This document shows, piece by piece, positions 1-9,994 of a stretch of 64,000 nucleotides of DNA. The notes beneath the pieces were generated by a model, which saw nothing but the letters and a program-made list of their open reading frames with translations, searched no databases and was not told the DNA's origin. The stretch is from positions 2,403-66,402 of the forward strand of contig JAGVXI010000012.1 in the NCBI GenBank assembly GCA_018303855.1. Reading direction: 5' to 3'. Both the position numbers and the translations under genes were made by a program. How positions within the stretch are numbered: position 1 is the first letter of the stretch; every line of letters starts with the position of its first letter. The DNA is from Candidatus Pacearchaeota archaeon (lineage in GTDB: Archaea; Nanobdellota; Nanobdellia; Pacearchaeales; GW2011-AR1).

Positions 1-1030
1 AGTATGAATTTATGGACCTTAACTTCAGTCTCCATTGTTTTGGTCTCGGAACAGTGCCTTACGCACTGCCCCGGTTTCCTGTCTTATTCAGTTTACAGTT
101 TCTGAGTTAGAAAAAATTTCGTAAGCATTTGCTCCTGCAAATTTTATCTGTACTATACTCCATAAACAAGAAAGACAAGACTATACGAAGGCATATTTCA
201 ACAGGAACCAGCCATCGCCAGATTAGATAGGCTTTTCACCCCTATTCGCAGATCATTCAAGTGCATGTACACAACACTGGTTCAGGCCTCCATCCCCCTT
301 TCGGGAGACTTCACCTTGCCCACGAATAGATCATCTGGCTTCAGGTCATACCCATGTGACTCGCGCCTTTTCAGACTCGCTTTCGCTTCGATTACCTTTT
401 TAAAAAAGTTAGTCTTGCCACATAAGTAAACTCCCTGGCCCGTTCTTCGAAACGTACGTTACAACTCCCGCATCATTGCTGAGCAGAGCAGTAACAATCT
501 GTAACTGTTAGATTTCAAGTCTTTTAACCCTCTGTTAAGAGTACTTTTCAGCTTTCCCTCGCGGTACTAGTGCGCTATCGGACTTTGGTTATATTTAGGG
601 TTAGCAGTTAATCCTGCTATATTCAGACCTCTAATTCGAGAGGCCCTACTCTTTTGAAACCTGCCATAGATTTTTCATCTACAGGACTATCACCTTCTAA
701 AGTATGGCGTTCCAGCCAACTTCGATTCAATTCCTTAGGCTAAGTTTTCACCACATCTCTGCCTCACTTTCGCAAGGAGATTCAGTTTGCCCTATGCCCT
801 TTTCGCTCGCTGCTACTAAGAGCATCATTATTTATTTTCTTTTCCTGCCGGTACTAAGATGTTTCAATTCCCGGCGTATTTGCCCTTCTCAGGACAATCG
901 GAGATCTTGGGATCAAAGTTTGCATGCAACTCCCCCAAGCTTATCGCAGCTTGCCACGTCCTTCATCTTTACCAAAACCAAGCTATCCGTCTAACAGTAT
1001 TTGTAGTAGTATTCATTTCCTAGAACTTTA
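1..1030 (-). rRNA. rrl: 23S (LSU) rRNA, 5' ~1 kb; gene continues beyond window start
   Basis: Plus strand carries reverse complement of conserved LSU motifs: ggtactaagatgtttcaattcc (RC of GGAATTGAAACATCTTAGTACC near 23S 5' end), cttttcagctttccctcgcggtact (RC of the ~470 region), ccacgtccttcatc (RC of GATGAAGGACGTGG at the 5' terminus). 5' end estimated, +/-30 nt. Confidence 0.8.
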
Positions 1031-1453
1031 TTAAGTTCTAACTAGTGGAATATTCTCCTGCTACTTTATCATCGAACATAAGTTCTCATAACGATCCCAT
1101 ATCCCCTGATATGGAACCGGTTTTTGTTTTTTAGTGACGTTTTCTCGTCGCCTCAACAGTGTTTTACACTTTAAGGGACAAAAATCTTTTTAGATTTTTG
1201 GATTTCAAATTGAACACAGCTGCAGGAAAAAAATCCGCAGGTGGTTTTTAATTTGAATATGATTTGTAATTTTTAGTTTTATCTGCTAATTTGTTTGGTT
1301 GTTGGACTTAATAATTTTCTAACCTTAACTATTAACTCATTCTTTGTTTATTTAATATTAACCTTTTAAATTTAATCATCTTATCTTTAATTTATTTAAT
1401 ACTGGCTTCTTAAATCTTATCATCTAAGCAATATCCATTTTTCTTAGAAAAAT

Positions 1454-1523
1454 GGACCTGCCGTGAATTGAACACGGGTCTCCTCGGTGCAAGCGAGGTA
1501 TTCTACCGTTAGACTACAGGCCC
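1454..1523 (-). tRNA. tRNA-Ala (anticodon TGC) in the 16S-23S spacer
   Basis: RC reads gggcctgtagtctaacggtagaatacctcgcTTGCAccgaggagacccgtgttcaattcacggcaggtcca: 7-bp acceptor stem with G3:U70 Ala identity pair, D-loop, anticodon loop cTTGCAc, T-arm gttcaattc; CCA not encoded. Spacer tRNA-Ala is typical of archaeal rRNA operons. Confidence 0.85.
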
Positions 1524-1887
1524 TTGTAATTATTTCGGCCTGTGAGTTTTTAATGTTTTCTATTTTGAAGGCTTTTATAGTAAAATTCTTGCTCCATTGC
1601 ACTTACTTTGTCTGAATTAACTATACCGCTAACGATAGGAGGTGCAATAAGCACAAAATATGCTGCAATTTCTAAATATTTATTCAATTCAATTTCTGAT
1701 GCCAACACGATTCCTTTTATAAAACCTACGCCAAATAAAATTGATGCAAGTGTTTTTGCCATTTTTATTATCCTTTATAATGTAAATTCACGCATGTTAA
1801 TATTTTCATCTTAAACAAAAGATGATGGTATGTAGAGCAATTAAATAATTATTTGTCTCTTTATTCTAGTTATCCAATTTAAAATTT

Positions 1888-3290
1888 AGGAGGTGATCCA
1901 TCTGCAGGTTCCCCTACAGATACCTTGTGACGACTTAACCTACCTTGTCATGCTAAAATTCTCCTTCGAAAAGTTTCATTATAACAGTGTGTGCAAGAGA
2001 CAGGGACAGATTCACCGTTCGCTGCTAACGAACGATTACTACGGATTCCAGCGTCATGAGGCTGGGTTGCAAACCTCAATCTGAACTGAGATGGATTTTA
2101 GGGGATTAGCTTCTCTTTTCAGAGTTGCATCCAATTGTATCCACCATTGACGCGCGCGTGTCGCCCAGGGGATTCAGGCTGTACTCACCTAACGTAGCCC
2201 GCACTTTCATCCATGTTACCATGGCAATCTGCATATTGTACACGTAGTAAATATGCACGCGGGTCTTGCCTGTTACCTGATTTAACAGGTCACCTCACGG
2301 CACAGGCTGACGTTGGCCATGCAACTCCTCTCAGCGTGTCAGGTAAGCCCTTCAGACTGACCTTCATTCTGCTGTCGCTCCTGGTGAGGTTCACGGTGTC
2401 GAATCTAATTGAACCGCACGCGTCACCCGTTGTAGTGTCTCCCCGCCAATTCCTTTAAGTTTCGGCCTTGCGGCTATACTTCCCAGGTAGCACACTTTTC
2501 GCCTTCGCTACAGCACCGAAGCCTCTCGAGGAGGTCCCGATGTTTAGTGTGCAGTGTTTACTGCTAGGACTACATGGGTATCTAATCCATTTTGCGCCCC
2601 TAGCCTTCATCCCTTACTGTCAGAACTGTACTCGTAGGATGCCTTCGCTGTTGTGAGTCCAACCAAGATCAACACATTTTACCGCTACTTTGATTGTACT
2701 TCCTACGTCTTCCAATCTCTAGCTTAGCAGTACTTCTTGCACGCCTTATACTTGAGATATAAGATTTCACAAGAAACTTATTAAGCAAGCTACGGATGTT
2801 TTAGACCCAATAATGATGGCTGCGACTTGGACCGCTAGTATTACCGCGGCGGCTGGCACTAGTCTTACCCAGTCCTTATTCGCCAAACTTTTTAGATTTA
2901 GCAAAAGCGTCTCATTGAGACGCACTTTGGTTCGCTCTGTCACGCTTTCGCGCATTGCAGAAAATACCTAACTGCTGCACCCCGTAGGGCTGGGAGTAGT
3001 GTCTCAGACTCCCTCTCAGGGCCTCTCCGCTAAGAGCCCTTACTGATCATCGGCTTGGTGGGCCTAATCAGCCGCAGTCCCATCCTATGGCACGAATTTG
3101 AAAGACAAATCTTTCCAGGGTATGTCTTCTATCAGGTATTAGCCTCAGTTTCCCGAGGGTATCCCTGACCTTAGGGTAGGTTAACTACGTGTTACTGAGC
3201 AGTTCGCTTTGCTCTTATTTCTAAAAACAAAAACTTGCATGTCTAAATGCAAACCAAAGAGCCGCAGCCGCCAGCAGGATCAACTGGATT
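1888..3290 (-). rRNA. rrs: 16S (SSU) rRNA, ~1.4 kb
   Basis: Plus strand shows RC of the SSU 3' end (aggaggtgatcc...ccttgtgacgactt), the 515 region (gtattaccgcggcggctggcac = RC of GTGCCAGCCGCCGCGGTAATAC, archaeal form), the 907-926 region (ccgccaattcctttaagtttc) and the 5' end (cagcaggatcaactgga). Divergent in places; see findings. Confidence 0.9.
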
Positions 3291-3619
3291 TGAAACAACT
3301 TCACAGATTTAATTAAATTAGCATTTAAAATAATCTCAATTGCGCATTTGTTATATAAGATAAACAAATACTTCACACATTCTCCTACTATTGACTGATT
3401 GGCCTAAAATAAATTTATCGACGATAAATTTGAGAATTACAACTAAATGACTGCTTCTACATACCTCATACCTTAATGCAAACAGCGTTAATATTATAAC
3501 CACTGTGTTTATACACGCACAATATTAAGGCAATCATCTTAGTTACGATTTAAGATGATTATAGGTATTTATAAAGGTTTCGCTGATTTTTTATATCTTT
3601 TTAGCGTCGAGAATTATTT

Positions 3620-3811
3620 TTATTTTTTTTCAAACAAGCTCCAGATAACATAAATAATTAAGGCAGAGATTAATGCACTTGTTATATACCTAATATTATA
3701 CCACTCACACGCTATTTTATCGCAATTAGCAGTTGTCGATATTAATAAATTAATAGATATTAAAACTAAAACAGAAACAACCACTTTCCACAAAGTTGGT
3801 TTAAAATTCAT
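3620..3811 (-). CDS. hypothetical small membrane protein (63 aa) upstream of rRNA operon
   Basis: ORF with one long hydrophobic stretch; no recognisable motif; could be spurious in the AT-rich leader. Confidence 0.25.
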   Translation of the reverse strand: MNFKPTLWKVVVSVLVLISINLLISTTANCDKIACEWYNIRYITSALISALIIYVIWSLFEKK

Positions 3812-3859
3812 AAACTAATTAAGCAATTAATATTTATAAACTTGTCCGAGAGTTAAAAT

Positions 3860-4552
3860 TTATTGGACATGCTTTTCAATATCAATATCTTCTCCAGACT
3901 TTTTATTTAATCTTTCCTCAGCTACTTTAACTATAATATCTGCAACTTTGCTTGGGTGTATGCCTTCAAAGTTTGACATTCTTGTAGCTGTCATTCCAGG
4001 ATTTATAGAATATAATTTTATGTTTGTATCTTCATATTCTTTTGCTAAACCTTTAGTAAATCCTCTTACGCCAAATTTGCTTGCAGCATAAGGAGCCATT
4101 TCAGGCCATTTAATTCTTTTTCCAGCCATACTTGCAATATTTATTACTATACCCAAATTTTGTCCTTGCATATAGGGAAGCACAGTTTTTGTTATATTCA
4201 TCAAACCAATCAAATTAACTTCTATCTGATTTCTTATTTCTTTATTGTTTTGTTCTATAAATCTTTTTTCTATATAAATTCCTGAATTGTTTACAAGAAT
4301 ATGAATCGCTCCGAACTTCTCTATTACTTCTTCAACGCATTTTTTTATAGAGCTTTCATTTGTTACATCAAGTTGAATTAATATGCAATCACTATACTTT
4401 TTGCATTCTTTTAATGTTTCTTGCCCTTGTTTTTTACTTTTATTATATGTAACAATTACTTTAGCTTTTTGTTTTGCAAGAGCAATTGCAGTCGCTTTCC
4501 CAATTCCCTCACTGCTTCCTGTAACTAAAATAACTTTGTCTTTTAAATACAT
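3860..4552 (-). CDS. short-chain dehydrogenase/reductase (SDR) family oxidoreductase
   Basis: N-terminal TGSSEGIGKA Rossmann motif, NNSG, catalytic YAASK (YxxxK). Confidence 0.85.
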   Translation of the reverse strand: MYLKDKVILVTGSSEGIGKATAIALAKQKAKVIVTYNKSKKQGQETLKECKKYSDCILIQLDVTNESSIKKCVEEVIEKFGAIHILVNNSGIYIEKRFIEQNNKEIRNQIEVNLIGLMNITKTVLPYMQGQNLGIVINIASMAGKRIKWPEMAPYAASKFGVRGFTKGLAKEYEDTNIKLYSINPGMTATRMSNFEGIHPSKVADIIVKVAEERLNKKSGEDIDIEKHVQ

Positions 4553-4672
4553 AATAAAATAAGTAAAAAAAGATTTAACTACTTTTTGGATTTTTATAAA
4601 ATGTGATTAGAGAACCATATAATTCTGCATAAAATCAAAAACTTTAAAAATAACATTTTATTTTTTTATTGC

Positions 4673-4888
4673 ATGGATGCAAATAATATCCAGCAGAGAA
4701 TGCAGGAAATACAAAAAAACGATGATGTTTTAGATGCTTTTTCAAAAATAGTTTTAGGAGGAAAAGCTGGTTATAAAACAGTAATAGAAAAAAAGCCAAT
4801 AATAATTAAATGTCACAGCTGTCAGACGGTTGTTGATATCAGCCAAAAATTCTGTCATGAGTGCGGTGCAAAAGTTGAAAAGAATTAG
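4673..4888 (+). CDS. small zinc-ribbon protein
   Basis: 71 aa with CHSCQ...CHECG (two CxxC pairs). Confidence 0.5.
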   Translation: MDANNIQQRMQEIQKNDDVLDAFSKIVLGGKAGYKTVIEKKPIIIKCHSCQTVVDISQKFCHECGAKVEKN

Positions 4889-5070
4889 TTTTACGCATGA
4901 TAATCAATCTGTTTTGATTTAAACTTAAAATTTAGCACATAAATCTTAATCTAAAATAAACTATGAGTCGTGTGTTAATCATGGTTAATTAATTTAATAG
5001 AAGCTGTCAATGCAGTTTTTAATCATAACCTGTTATTAAATTGGTTATAAACCCGAGGTTTAATATTAAC

Positions 5071-5188
5071 ATGTCAAGAATTGTTTTTTATGTGAGCTCC
5101 CTACTTTAGTTCGCGAGAGAATAAAAACAATTCTTGAGCATGCTCAAGAACCAGACACGCCATACAATTTATTGTATGGTTCTTGACA
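5071..5188. mobile_element. MITE-like palindromic repeat, copy A (118 bp, perfect 9-bp TIRs TGTCAAGAA/TTCTTGACA)
   Basis: Non-coding element in a convergent intergenic gap; shares ~100 nt with a second copy at 49815-50023 (atgtcaagaattgttttttatg...ctccctactttagttcgcgaga...aataaaaacaattcttgagca...gctcaagaaccagacacgccata); internal inverted repeats caagaattgttttt/aaaaacaattcttg. Confidence 0.5.
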
Positions 5189-5242
5189 ATTAATAAAATT
5201 TGATGAATATAACTTGCTGGTTTTATTTAACTAAATAAAAAA

Positions 5243-5614
5243 TCATCTTAATTTTTTATATTCTATAAACGCTAAAATAACAAGAACTAAATCAATTACA
5301 GGAACTACAAGGTATGCTAAGCTTTTAATTTCTGACACTACAGATAATGCAATCCCTAAATCTATCAATCCTATTACTGCTGCAATAATTGTGCCCCACT
5401 TCTTTTTATAGATTACTCCTACAAACGCAATTCCGTAGGCAATTGAGAAAATAAGAGAAGTTGGCAGTCCGACAATTTCCTGTAAAATTATAAGTGCTCT
5501 CCGCAGTTGAAAAACAAATCTCACTGCTAAAATAAGAAGTAGGGTGATGGTAACAAATGTAAATTCTCTTTTTGGTAATATCTGTTTATCCTCTTTCTCC
5601 AGCTTCTTTTTCAT
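5243..5614 (-). CDS. hypothetical integral membrane protein (3-4 TM)
   Basis: 123 aa, multiple hydrophobic helices, K-rich N-terminus. Confidence 0.5.
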   Translation of the reverse strand: MKKKLEKEDKQILPKREFTFVTITLLLILAVRFVFQLRRALIILQEIVGLPTSLIFSIAYGIAFVGVIYKKKWGTIIAAVIGLIDLGIALSVVSEIKSLAYLVVPVIDLVLVILAFIEYKKLR

Positions 5615-5794
5615 AAGTAGTAATGGGATTTTTTATTTAAAAAGCTATTTATGTTATTATGATTATTTTATACTCTATCTAAAAACTATTCGTTAGCACT
5701 TCTCCGCTTAATAATTAAAAAATTGAATTACCTAGATGTTCTAACCAAGATTTATGATCAATAAATTAATTTAATCAGCTTATTTTGTATATTC

Positions 5795-6160
5795 TTAAAT
5801 ATTTTTCACATTAATACTTTTCCTGTATTTATCTACTATTTTTATAGCTTCGTGTTTTTTTAATTTTCCAGTATGATGATAAAATCCGTATCCTTCAACT
5901 TCTTGTTCAATTATTGTTCCAAAAATGCCTTCTCTTTTTGTCTTAAAGCTGATAATTCTTCCATGCAATTTGCTGTCTAATGCTCCGTAATAATAAATTA
6001 ACTTTATTGAATTCTCACTATCTTCGCCAAATAAATCATCTATTGTTAAAAGTGTAAGGTTTTTGCCTAAAACTTTAACTTCCAACAGCTCTCCAGTAAT
6101 TCCATCTATAAAATATTCCATCTTTTTTATTTTTAAACCAGTTATACTCCAGTATGGCAT
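5795..6160 (-). CDS. hypothetical protein
   Basis: 121-aa ORF with protein-like composition; no motif recognised. Confidence 0.4.
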   Translation of the reverse strand: MPYWSITGLKIKKMEYFIDGITGELLEVKVLGKNLTLLTIDDLFGEDSENSIKLIYYYGALDSKLHGRIISFKTKREGIFGTIIEQEVEGYGFYHHTGKLKKHEAIKIVDKYRKSINVKNI

Positions 6161-6218
6161 ATTATTAAGTTTTATTGCGTTTCAAAAACTATTTAATCTA
6201 TGGATTGCTTTTTAAATC

Positions 6219-6683
6219 ATGTCTTCAAAACTTTTAGCCTACAAATCAAAACGCAATCTGAAAAAGTCAGGAGAGCCCATAGCGATTATAAAAAAAGAGA
6301 AGATTGGTAATAAAAGGATAATTTTTGTGATACATAATCATTATGCCAGCCACCATCATTATGATTTGCGTCTTGAAATGAGTGGTGTTTTAAAATCCTG
6401 GGCAGTGCCAAAAGAGCCACCGAGAGCAAAAGGCATAAAGAGATTAGCAATTCAAGTTGAAGACCATCCATTATCATATGCAAAATTTCAAGGAGAGATA
6501 AAAGAAGGGTATGGAAAAGGAATAGTAAAAATCTGGGACAAAGGGACTTATGAGTTGATTGATAAAACTAGCAAAAAACTGATTATCAAGTTAAATGGCA
6601 AGAAGTTAAAAGGCGAATATGTTTTAGTAAAAACAAAATATGGTAATAAGCCAGAAAAAAGCTGGCTGTGGTTTAAGGTTTAG
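6219..6683 (+). CDS. stand-alone DNA ligase D-type 3'-phosphoesterase (LigD PE) domain protein
   Basis: HYDLRLE...LKSWAVPKEPP...VEDHPLSY...G.YGKG.V.IWD.GTYE matches the LigD N-terminal phosphoesterase signature (HxDxRLE, SWAVPKGP). Confidence 0.7.
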   Translation: MSSKLLAYKSKRNLKKSGEPIAIIKKEKIGNKRIIFVIHNHYASHHHYDLRLEMSGVLKSWAVPKEPPRAKGIKRLAIQVEDHPLSYAKFQGEIKEGYGKGIVKIWDKGTYELIDKTSKKLIIKLNGKKLKGEYVLVKTKYGNKPEKSWLWFKV

Positions 6684-6688
6684 CCTTT

Positions 6689-6904
6689 CTAACGCAATTT
6701 GTCAAGGGCTGATATCCTTTCATCAAGAGGTAAACTGTCTAAAAAAAGGATAATCTTTCTTACATTTTCAGGAACAATTTCAAGATACCTGTTTACTTCT
6801 TTTACATTACCTAATCCATCCCATTTGAATCTTAAATAAGCCTCGCACATTCCAGCGACTTCACGAGGAGTATAATTTCTCTTTTCTTTTACCATTTTTT
6901 TCAT
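6689..6904 (-). CDS. hypothetical small protein (71 aa)
   Basis: ORF only. Confidence 0.35.
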   Translation of the reverse strand: MKKMVKEKRNYTPREVAGMCEAYLRFKWDGLGNVKEVNRYLEIVPENVRKIILFLDSLPLDERISALDKLR

Positions 6905-7216
6905 TAAATAGCTTAGTTTATATTAATTATTGTTCTAGGATGTGTGTTTTAAGGTTTAATCAAGCTATATCTCAAAACCCTCACTGCTCTTCCCTCATTA
7001 ATAAACTTTGCCTCATCGTCTTTTTTTCTGTAACACAATTCCCCTGAGTACAAATTATCTAATGACACTTTTTTAGTGCCTGTTAAAAATAATTAAATTT
7101 CTTCACTTGCAAGTCCGCTAATTTTATCTCGATTAATAGGTTCTCTTGTTCTTATATCAATTATGAAACTATAATTAAACTCAAGAACGCCTTTTGATTT
7201 TGCCATTTTATTTAAG

Positions 7217-7561
7217 TTAATCCACAAGAATAGAACACCCTTCTACGAAATCAGAAATATCTTCTAACCAATTTTTGCGAGATTTTTCTCTTAATTCTAC
7301 TCTTGCATTTCTAGACATATCTTCTCTCATTTTGTCTATTTGTTCATTACTCCCGCGTATTGAAACTCCATTGTTTACTAAATCAAAATGAATTTCTTCT
7401 CCGCTTTCTTCATGTCCTTTTGGATAAAATGACCTTCCCATTCTGTGCCATTCATCGTCTTTTCTTATTGTATATTTGTTAGTAAAAACTAATGCAAACA
7501 TGCTTTTCCATAAATCTTCTTCGGAAACTTTATAACGTGTAACAACATATTCTTTATCCAT
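7217..7561 (-). CDS. hypothetical protein (114 aa)
   Basis: ORF with balanced composition; no motif recognised. Confidence 0.4.
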   Translation of the reverse strand: MDKEYVVTRYKVSEEDLWKSMFALVFTNKYTIRKDDEWHRMGRSFYPKGHEESGEEIHFDLVNNGVSIRGSNEQIDKMREDMSRNARVELREKSRKNWLEDISDFVEGCSILVD

Positions 7562-7617
7562 ATTAAATTATGATAAAAAAGATTTTTAAATACTATTATA
7601 ATTTGTTATAACTATCA

Positions 7618-8547
7618 CTACACCCCAAACTCAGCGCCCTTGCCTTCTTCCTCTACTTTTTTAATTGATTTCTTCACAGCTTCTTTTTCTTCTAATTCTC
7701 CTGTCCACCATTCTAAATCTGGAATATTACATTCAATGCCGCGAGCCTTGCAATACCCCCTTGTTAATAAATAAAAAATTACTCCTAAGCTTTTTGGGCT
7801 TTTATTATTACCAATTATTATTTTATTTGCGCCTACACCAAAATTATTTGTATCACAAATCATTAAAACTTGCTTGTTGACTTTTAATATATCATGCAAA
7901 GCATTTTTATCAAGCCAAGAATCTGCTATTATAACCAGCTCTGTTTCAAAGAAATCAGGGAGCGTTACATTTGTTAGAATTCCGGCAGGATATTTTTTTG
8001 TAAACGCCCTTATGCCTGTTAATTGCGAAAACTTTTCAGCTACTTTCCAGCCAGCTTGCCTTTTGCATGCAACAATAACATTATCTGGGGTAAACTTGCT
8101 TAAGTATTCAATTCCTTCTTTAAGTTTTTCATCAATAGTGTCTGTATTAAGTATCGCCAATCCATCTGCTCTTCTTCTATAAACATACTGCCTCATGTTT
8201 GGAGTGACAACCCGCGTTCCAAGATAGATTCCAGATTTAACATATTCATCTAAAGGCAATAAAGTATCGCTCTTTTTCTTTACCTTAACTTTTTCTTTAA
8301 GCTCTTCTGTTTTTGTCTTCTGAATTTTATCAGCCAGCTTTTTTGCTTTTTCAAAAAGTTTTTTTCTTTTTTCATTTAAACTTTCATTTGCAACACTTGG
8401 AATTTCTGTTATTAATGATTCAGCTTCAGCTGCTTCAATTAATTCCTCTTTAGGAATTTCTTTTAGCTTGCCTTTACCGGCTTCTTCTGATAATTCTTTT
8501 TTTGTTTCCATGTCTTCTATTGTTTCTTCTTTCTTTTTTCGTAGCAT
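7618..8547 (-). CDS. rps2: 30S ribosomal protein S2 (uS2) with ~95-aa K/E-rich N-terminal extension
   Basis: Core YLGTRVVTPNMRQYVYRRRADGLAILNTDTIDEKLKEGIEYLSKF...ACKRQ...TGIRAFTKKYPAGILTN aligns with archaeal uS2; conserved eno-rps2 pairing. Confidence 0.85.
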   Translation of the reverse strand: MLRKKKEETIEDMETKKELSEEAGKGKLKEIPKEELIEAAEAESLITEIPSVANESLNEKRKKLFEKAKKLADKIQKTKTEELKEKVKVKKKSDTLLPLDEYVKSGIYLGTRVVTPNMRQYVYRRRADGLAILNTDTIDEKLKEGIEYLSKFTPDNVIVACKRQAGWKVAEKFSQLTGIRAFTKKYPAGILTNVTLPDFFETELVIIADSWLDKNALHDILKVNKQVLMICDTNNFGVGANKIIIGNNKSPKSLGVIFYLLTRGYCKARGIECNIPDLEWWTGELEEKEAVKKSIKKVEEEGKGAEFGV

Positions 8548-8579
8548 GAATATTCAAAGAAAAAGTGTGTTTTTAAACC

Positions 8580-9764
8580 TTACTTTAAACTTCCCTCAAT
8601 TTCAATTAATCTCTTAATTTTCGATTCTCGTTCTTTGCCATCTATTCCACATTTAAAAAAATCAGCACCAAATCCAAAAGCTAAATCAGCTAATATATTC
8701 TCTTCTGTTTCACCGCTTCTATGGCTAAAAACAAGTTTAATATTGTGTTTTTTTGCGAGCTCACAGATTCGTGCTACTTCTAATAAAGAACCATTTTGAT
8801 TAGGTTTGATAATGATGCTGTTGATAGCCTTGAACTGAATAGCCTTTTTTAATCTCTCATGATTAGTAACCACCAAATCATCTCCGACAATTAACGATTT
8901 TGGAAATTTTTTAAGTAACTTGGAAAAAGATTCAAAGTTTTCTTCATTAAAAGAGTCTTCAATATAAAACAAATTAAAATTGCTTATTAGGTTGCTTATA
9001 TACTCAACCTGCTCTTCATTTGTTCTATCTAACTTTGGATTTAAATAATGGTATTTTTTTCTGCTATAAAAGCTTGATGAAGCAACATCTAATCCAATAT
9101 CGAGCCCAAACATTTCCTTTAATTTATACAAAATATCCATAACAAGTTTTTCATTTAAGCTTGTTTGCCACGCATTTTCATCATTTTTCTGGGATTTAAA
9201 TGTCTCGTCAAATTTTTTTAAAAGAAATTCAGCCTCTTGTTTTATCTTTTTATTCAATTCAAAAGCTTGTTTTATTGTTTTTGTATTAGGAATTAAAAGA
9301 AACTCCTGAAAGTCTGGTTTTTTATCAGATTTGCTATGCTTACCTCCCCCAATAACATTCCCAACTAATCTTGGAAGTTGCTTTGCTTTTAGATTAATTA
9401 ACTGCCAAACCTGTTTTTTCTGCTCTTTTGCCATTGCCTTTAAAACTGCGCTTTCTAAGGCAAAAAGAGTGTTTGCTCCAATATGCCCTTCGCAAATTGC
9501 TTCAACTTTTCTTAAATCATAAAAATTCACAATATCTTCATCGCTAAAATACTCAGAAATTTGTTTTATTTTTTTAATGTCATCATCAATGCTTTTTATG
9601 TATGGTTTTGCTTCAAACTTGCCAGTTGATTTTCCAGTTGGTGCGCTTGCGCTGAAATTGCCGGCATTTGTTTTAATGCTGACAAGAATTGTTTTTTCAT
9701 TCCGTGAATCTAAAATTGCTGTTGCTGAAACCTCTTTTATCTTGACCATAAATGATTCAAGCAA
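8580..9764 (-). CDS. eno: enolase (phosphopyruvate hydratase)
   Basis: SAPTGKSTGKFEA (enolase SGASTG motif), C-terminal SHRSGETEENILADLAFG; upstream of rps2 as in other archaea. Confidence 0.9.
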   Translation of the reverse strand: MLESFMVKIKEVSATAILDSRNEKTILVSIKTNAGNFSASAPTGKSTGKFEAKPYIKSIDDDIKKIKQISEYFSDEDIVNFYDLRKVEAICEGHIGANTLFALESAVLKAMAKEQKKQVWQLINLKAKQLPRLVGNVIGGGKHSKSDKKPDFQEFLLIPNTKTIKQAFELNKKIKQEAEFLLKKFDETFKSQKNDENAWQTSLNEKLVMDILYKLKEMFGLDIGLDVASSSFYSRKKYHYLNPKLDRTNEEQVEYISNLISNFNLFYIEDSFNEENFESFSKLLKKFPKSLIVGDDLVVTNHERLKKAIQFKAINSIIIKPNQNGSLLEVARICELAKKHNIKLVFSHRSGETEENILADLAFGFGADFFKCGIDGKERESKIKRLIEIEGSLK

Positions 9765-9994
9765 TAAGGATTTTTATAGTTTGTTAATTTTGATTAAGGG
9801 AGATTAATGATGAAAATGTATAATAATGTTAACTGCTAATTAGATTGATTAACTCCTGCGTTTTATAGTTAATTTTTTATCTTTGAATTATTCCCGCCCA
9901 CCAAGCTAAGCTAATTGTTGGAACTTTTAAGTTTGAGGTAATATTTAGTAGTATAAATAATCATCAACAATAATTTTTCAACAGCCAGAATAAT

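Noticed and set aside
1550-1762. 70-aa hydrophobic ORF on the minus strand in the 16S-tRNA-Ala spacer.
   Set aside because: Sits inside the transcribed rRNA spacer, which must form processing stems; no RBS or homology evident; most likely chance ORF in AT-rich DNA.
704-2955. Track ORFs 704-994, 1608-1814, 1893-2084, 2213-2458, 2468-2656, 2767-2955 (60-100 aa).
   Set aside because: They lie inside the 23S and 16S rRNA genes (reverse complements of universal rRNA motifs are visible); spurious.
7665-8182. Plus-strand ORFs 7665-7880 and 7874-8182 antisense to rps2; also 9331-9807, 10059-10274, 10915-11205, 13026-13441, 14639-14944, 15222-15803, 16275-16891, 17202-17735, 17912-18274.
   Set aside because: Antisense shadows of strongly supported conserved genes; low-complexity F/L/S-rich translations typical of the reverse frame of K/E-rich AT-rich genes.
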